The notes beneath the pieces are model-generated. The model saw only the letters and a list, made by a program, of their open reading frames with translations, was not told the origin of the DNA and did no database searches. The position numbers were made by a program, and so were the translations under genes. Below, piece after piece: positions 61,787 through 64,000 of a stretch of DNA of 64,000 bases. This DNA is from Macrostomum lignano (lineage: Eukaryota), in assembly GCA_002269645.1 (NCBI GenBank), contig NIVC01000303.1, positions 503,819 through 567,818 on the forward strand, given 5' to 3'. Position 1 is the stretch's first letter; the number at the start of each line of letters is the position of its first letter.

Positions 61787-63154
61787 TCAGTGCAGGCGAG
61801 ACAGCTCCTCAAGGATTCTGATTAAGTCTTCAACTGTGCATGGCACGCTGTCAGACACTGCACTGCTGAAGTCCGTCTGAAATTAACCAATAAAATATAT
61901 AATCAGTTGGAGGATCATGTTTAAATAATAGTGAGGGCTATGGGGCTTCTGTACGCAGGCACAGCACTCATACACACACTGGCACAGGGTGCACAGGGGC
62001 TCTTGCTTTCTAAAAAAGTACTGCTCCATCTATGTAGATAACTAAAGAAGATACACCGGGAGAGTGAGAATGAAATACACAGGGGGAGGGTGAGATACAT
62101 GGGGGGAGAGTGAGATACAAATGGGAGAGTGAGATACACAGAGGGATAGAGTGAGATACACAGGGGGACAGAGTGAGATACACAGGAGGGAGAGTGAGAT
62201 ACACAGAAGGACAGAGTGAGATACACAGAGAGACAGAGTGAGATACACAGAGGGAGAGTGAGATACACAGGGGAGATACACAGAGGGACAGAGTGAGATA
62301 CACAGGAGGAAGAGTGAGATACACAGGAGGAAGAGTGAGATACACAGGAGGGAGAGTGAGATACACAGGAGGGGGAGTGAGATACACAGGAGGAAGAGAG
62401 AGATACACAGAGGGGGGGTGAGATACACAAATGGGAAAGTGAGATACACCATGCTTGGGCGCAACCTAGGGATTCACCCGGCCGTTTCTATTGGCAACAC
62501 ACACACGTAAGTCGCTATTGGACAGAATAGTAGTCACGTGACTGCTCTCAGCCAATGGGGACTTACATGTGTGTGTTGCCAATAGAAACGGCCGAGTGAT
62601 TCCCAAGGTTGCGCATGTATGAGATACACAGGGGAGAGTGAGATACATGGGGAGAGTGAGATACACAGGGGAGAGTGAGATACACGGGGAGAGTGAGATA
62701 CACAGGGGAGAGTGAGATACACAGGGGAGAGTGAGATACACAGGGGAGAGTGAGATACACAAGGGTAGATAAAGCAGACACACCGCACCTTTCTCGTGAG
62801 TCCCTGAGCGACAGTCTCGAGTTTGTCGCGTCCCAAATCGAGCGCAGCTTCCAACAGATCGCCATCAATGAAATCCTTAGCCGGTTCGGTCCTGTGCTCA
62901 GTCTCAAACGATCGATATTTGGCGTGCTCAACTCCGCCAACTCCGACTATAAGACTGGCTAGCCGGCGTTGCAATTCGTTGAGAAACTCAAACAGAGGCG
63001 GCGGTAGCTGACAGATGAGACCAACTGCGCCGCTTTGAGTAGCAAATAGAATTGGAGTGCTCACAGTGACCAGGCGTTCGCCTAATTGGCTCATTACTAA
63101 TGAGCCGTGTTGGAAAGTGTTAACTGTGTCGCCTAGGTGGTACCAGGCGTTCTC
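61787..63154 (-). CDS. DDB1: DNA damage-binding protein 1, last two exons (63154-62789, 61876-61787); gene continues beyond the window
   Basis: HLGDTVNTFQHGSLVM..LFAT..EHAKYRSFETE..FIDGDLLE..|..TVEDLIRILEELSRLH-stop; GT-AG, phase 0. Confidence 0.93.
62040..62760. repeat. ~19-20-bp minisatellite in DDB1 last intron, split by a hairpin element
   Basis: GAGTGAGATACACAGGGGA-like units. Confidence 0.93.
62459..62614. mobile_element. 156-bp near-perfect hairpin/MITE-like insertion
   Basis: GCGCAACCTAGGGATTCACCCGGCCGTTTCTATTGGCAACACACAC... is the reverse complement of ...GTGTGTGTTGCCAATAGAAACGGCCGAGTGATTCCCAAGGTTGCGC apart from a few mismatches. Confidence 0.75.
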
Positions 63155-63339
63155 CTGCGCGTGTGACGGGGTGCATTGCTTCTAAGAGATGATAATTGAT
63201 CGGTAGTGATCAGTTGTAAGAACTTTAGTGTTGCTTCAAAACAGCTACATAGCAGAGTAACACAAAGGATAGGTGAGAGTGACACACAAATTGATAAGGG
63301 TAGTGTAAGCAGAAAAGCCAGCGAAACACGCAGATCTAA

Positions 63340-64000
63340 GAGAGTGACCCACGAAAATCTAAGAGACATGCAGATCTAAGAAAGTGACCCATACATAAGA
63401 GACTGGTACACGTAAGTGAGTGATGCACACGGATCTAGAAGTGGCACACATAAGAGAGTGACGCACATAAGAGAGTGACACTCGCAGGTCTAAGGTAGTG
63501 ACACACATAAGAGAGTGACACACAGAGTGACACACACGGATCTAAGAGTGACAAACATAAGAGTGACGCACACGGATCCAAGAGTGACACGCATAAGAGA
63601 GTGACGCACACGGATCTAAGAGTGACACGCATAAGAGAGTGACGCACACGGATCTGAGAGTGACACGCATAAGAGAGTGACACAGAGTGACGCACAGGGA
63701 TCTAAGAGTGACACGCATAAGAGAGTGACGCACAGGGATCTAAGAGTGACACGCATAAGAGAGTGACGCACACGGATCTAAGAGTGACACGCATAAGAGA
63801 GTGATGCACACGGATCTGAGAGTGACACGCATAAGAGAGTGATGCACACGGATCTAAGAGTGACACGCATAAGAGAGTGATGCACACGGATCTGAGAGTG
63901 ACATGCATAAGAGAGTGACACAGAGTGACGCACACGGATCTAAGAGTGACACGCATAAGAGAGTGATGCTCACGGATCTAAGAGTGACACGCATAAGAGA
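63340..64000. repeat. ~36-bp minisatellite in a DDB1 intron (runs off the window)
   Basis: CACGGATCTAAGAGTGACACGCATAAGAGAGTGACG units. Confidence 0.93.

Overview
Eukaryotic (animal) genomic DNA with spliced genes (GT-AG introns, GC-rich exons, AT-rich or minisatellite-filled introns). It resembles a repeat-rich free-living flatworm such as Macrostomum, but that is inference from composition only. Genes in order: calmodulin-like 3' exon (+), ezrin/radixin/moesin (+), SPEF1 (-), prefoldin 1 (+), ECHDC3 (+), an orphan neurexin-IV/glycophorin-C-type TM + 4.1m + PDZ-tail exon (+), an AMPA-like iGluR with an atypical pore and gate (+), three copies of a Zn-finger/coiled-coil/NHL gene (-), RNPC3/U11-U12 65K (-) and the 3' end of DDB1 (-). 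Mobile DNA: an RNase H-bearing non-LTR remnant, two Merlin-type elements with 8-bp TSDs, a long-TIR internally deleted mariner, a 5.3-kb EnSpm/CACTA element carrying a BEN-domain ORF, and several MITE/foldback elements. About 20 unrelated minisatellites are present, mostly intronic. Main unexplained structures: a ~6.09-kb tandem duplication with a chimeric middle NHL copy, an excess of TACATGTA (candidate Tc1/mariner excision footprints), mirror-image inverted minisatellite arms, strand-polarised intronic arrays that run into splice acceptors, and a candidate polycistronic cluster. No CRISPR, rRNA or confident tRNA. Exon models were built by eye and repeat boundaries are approximate.
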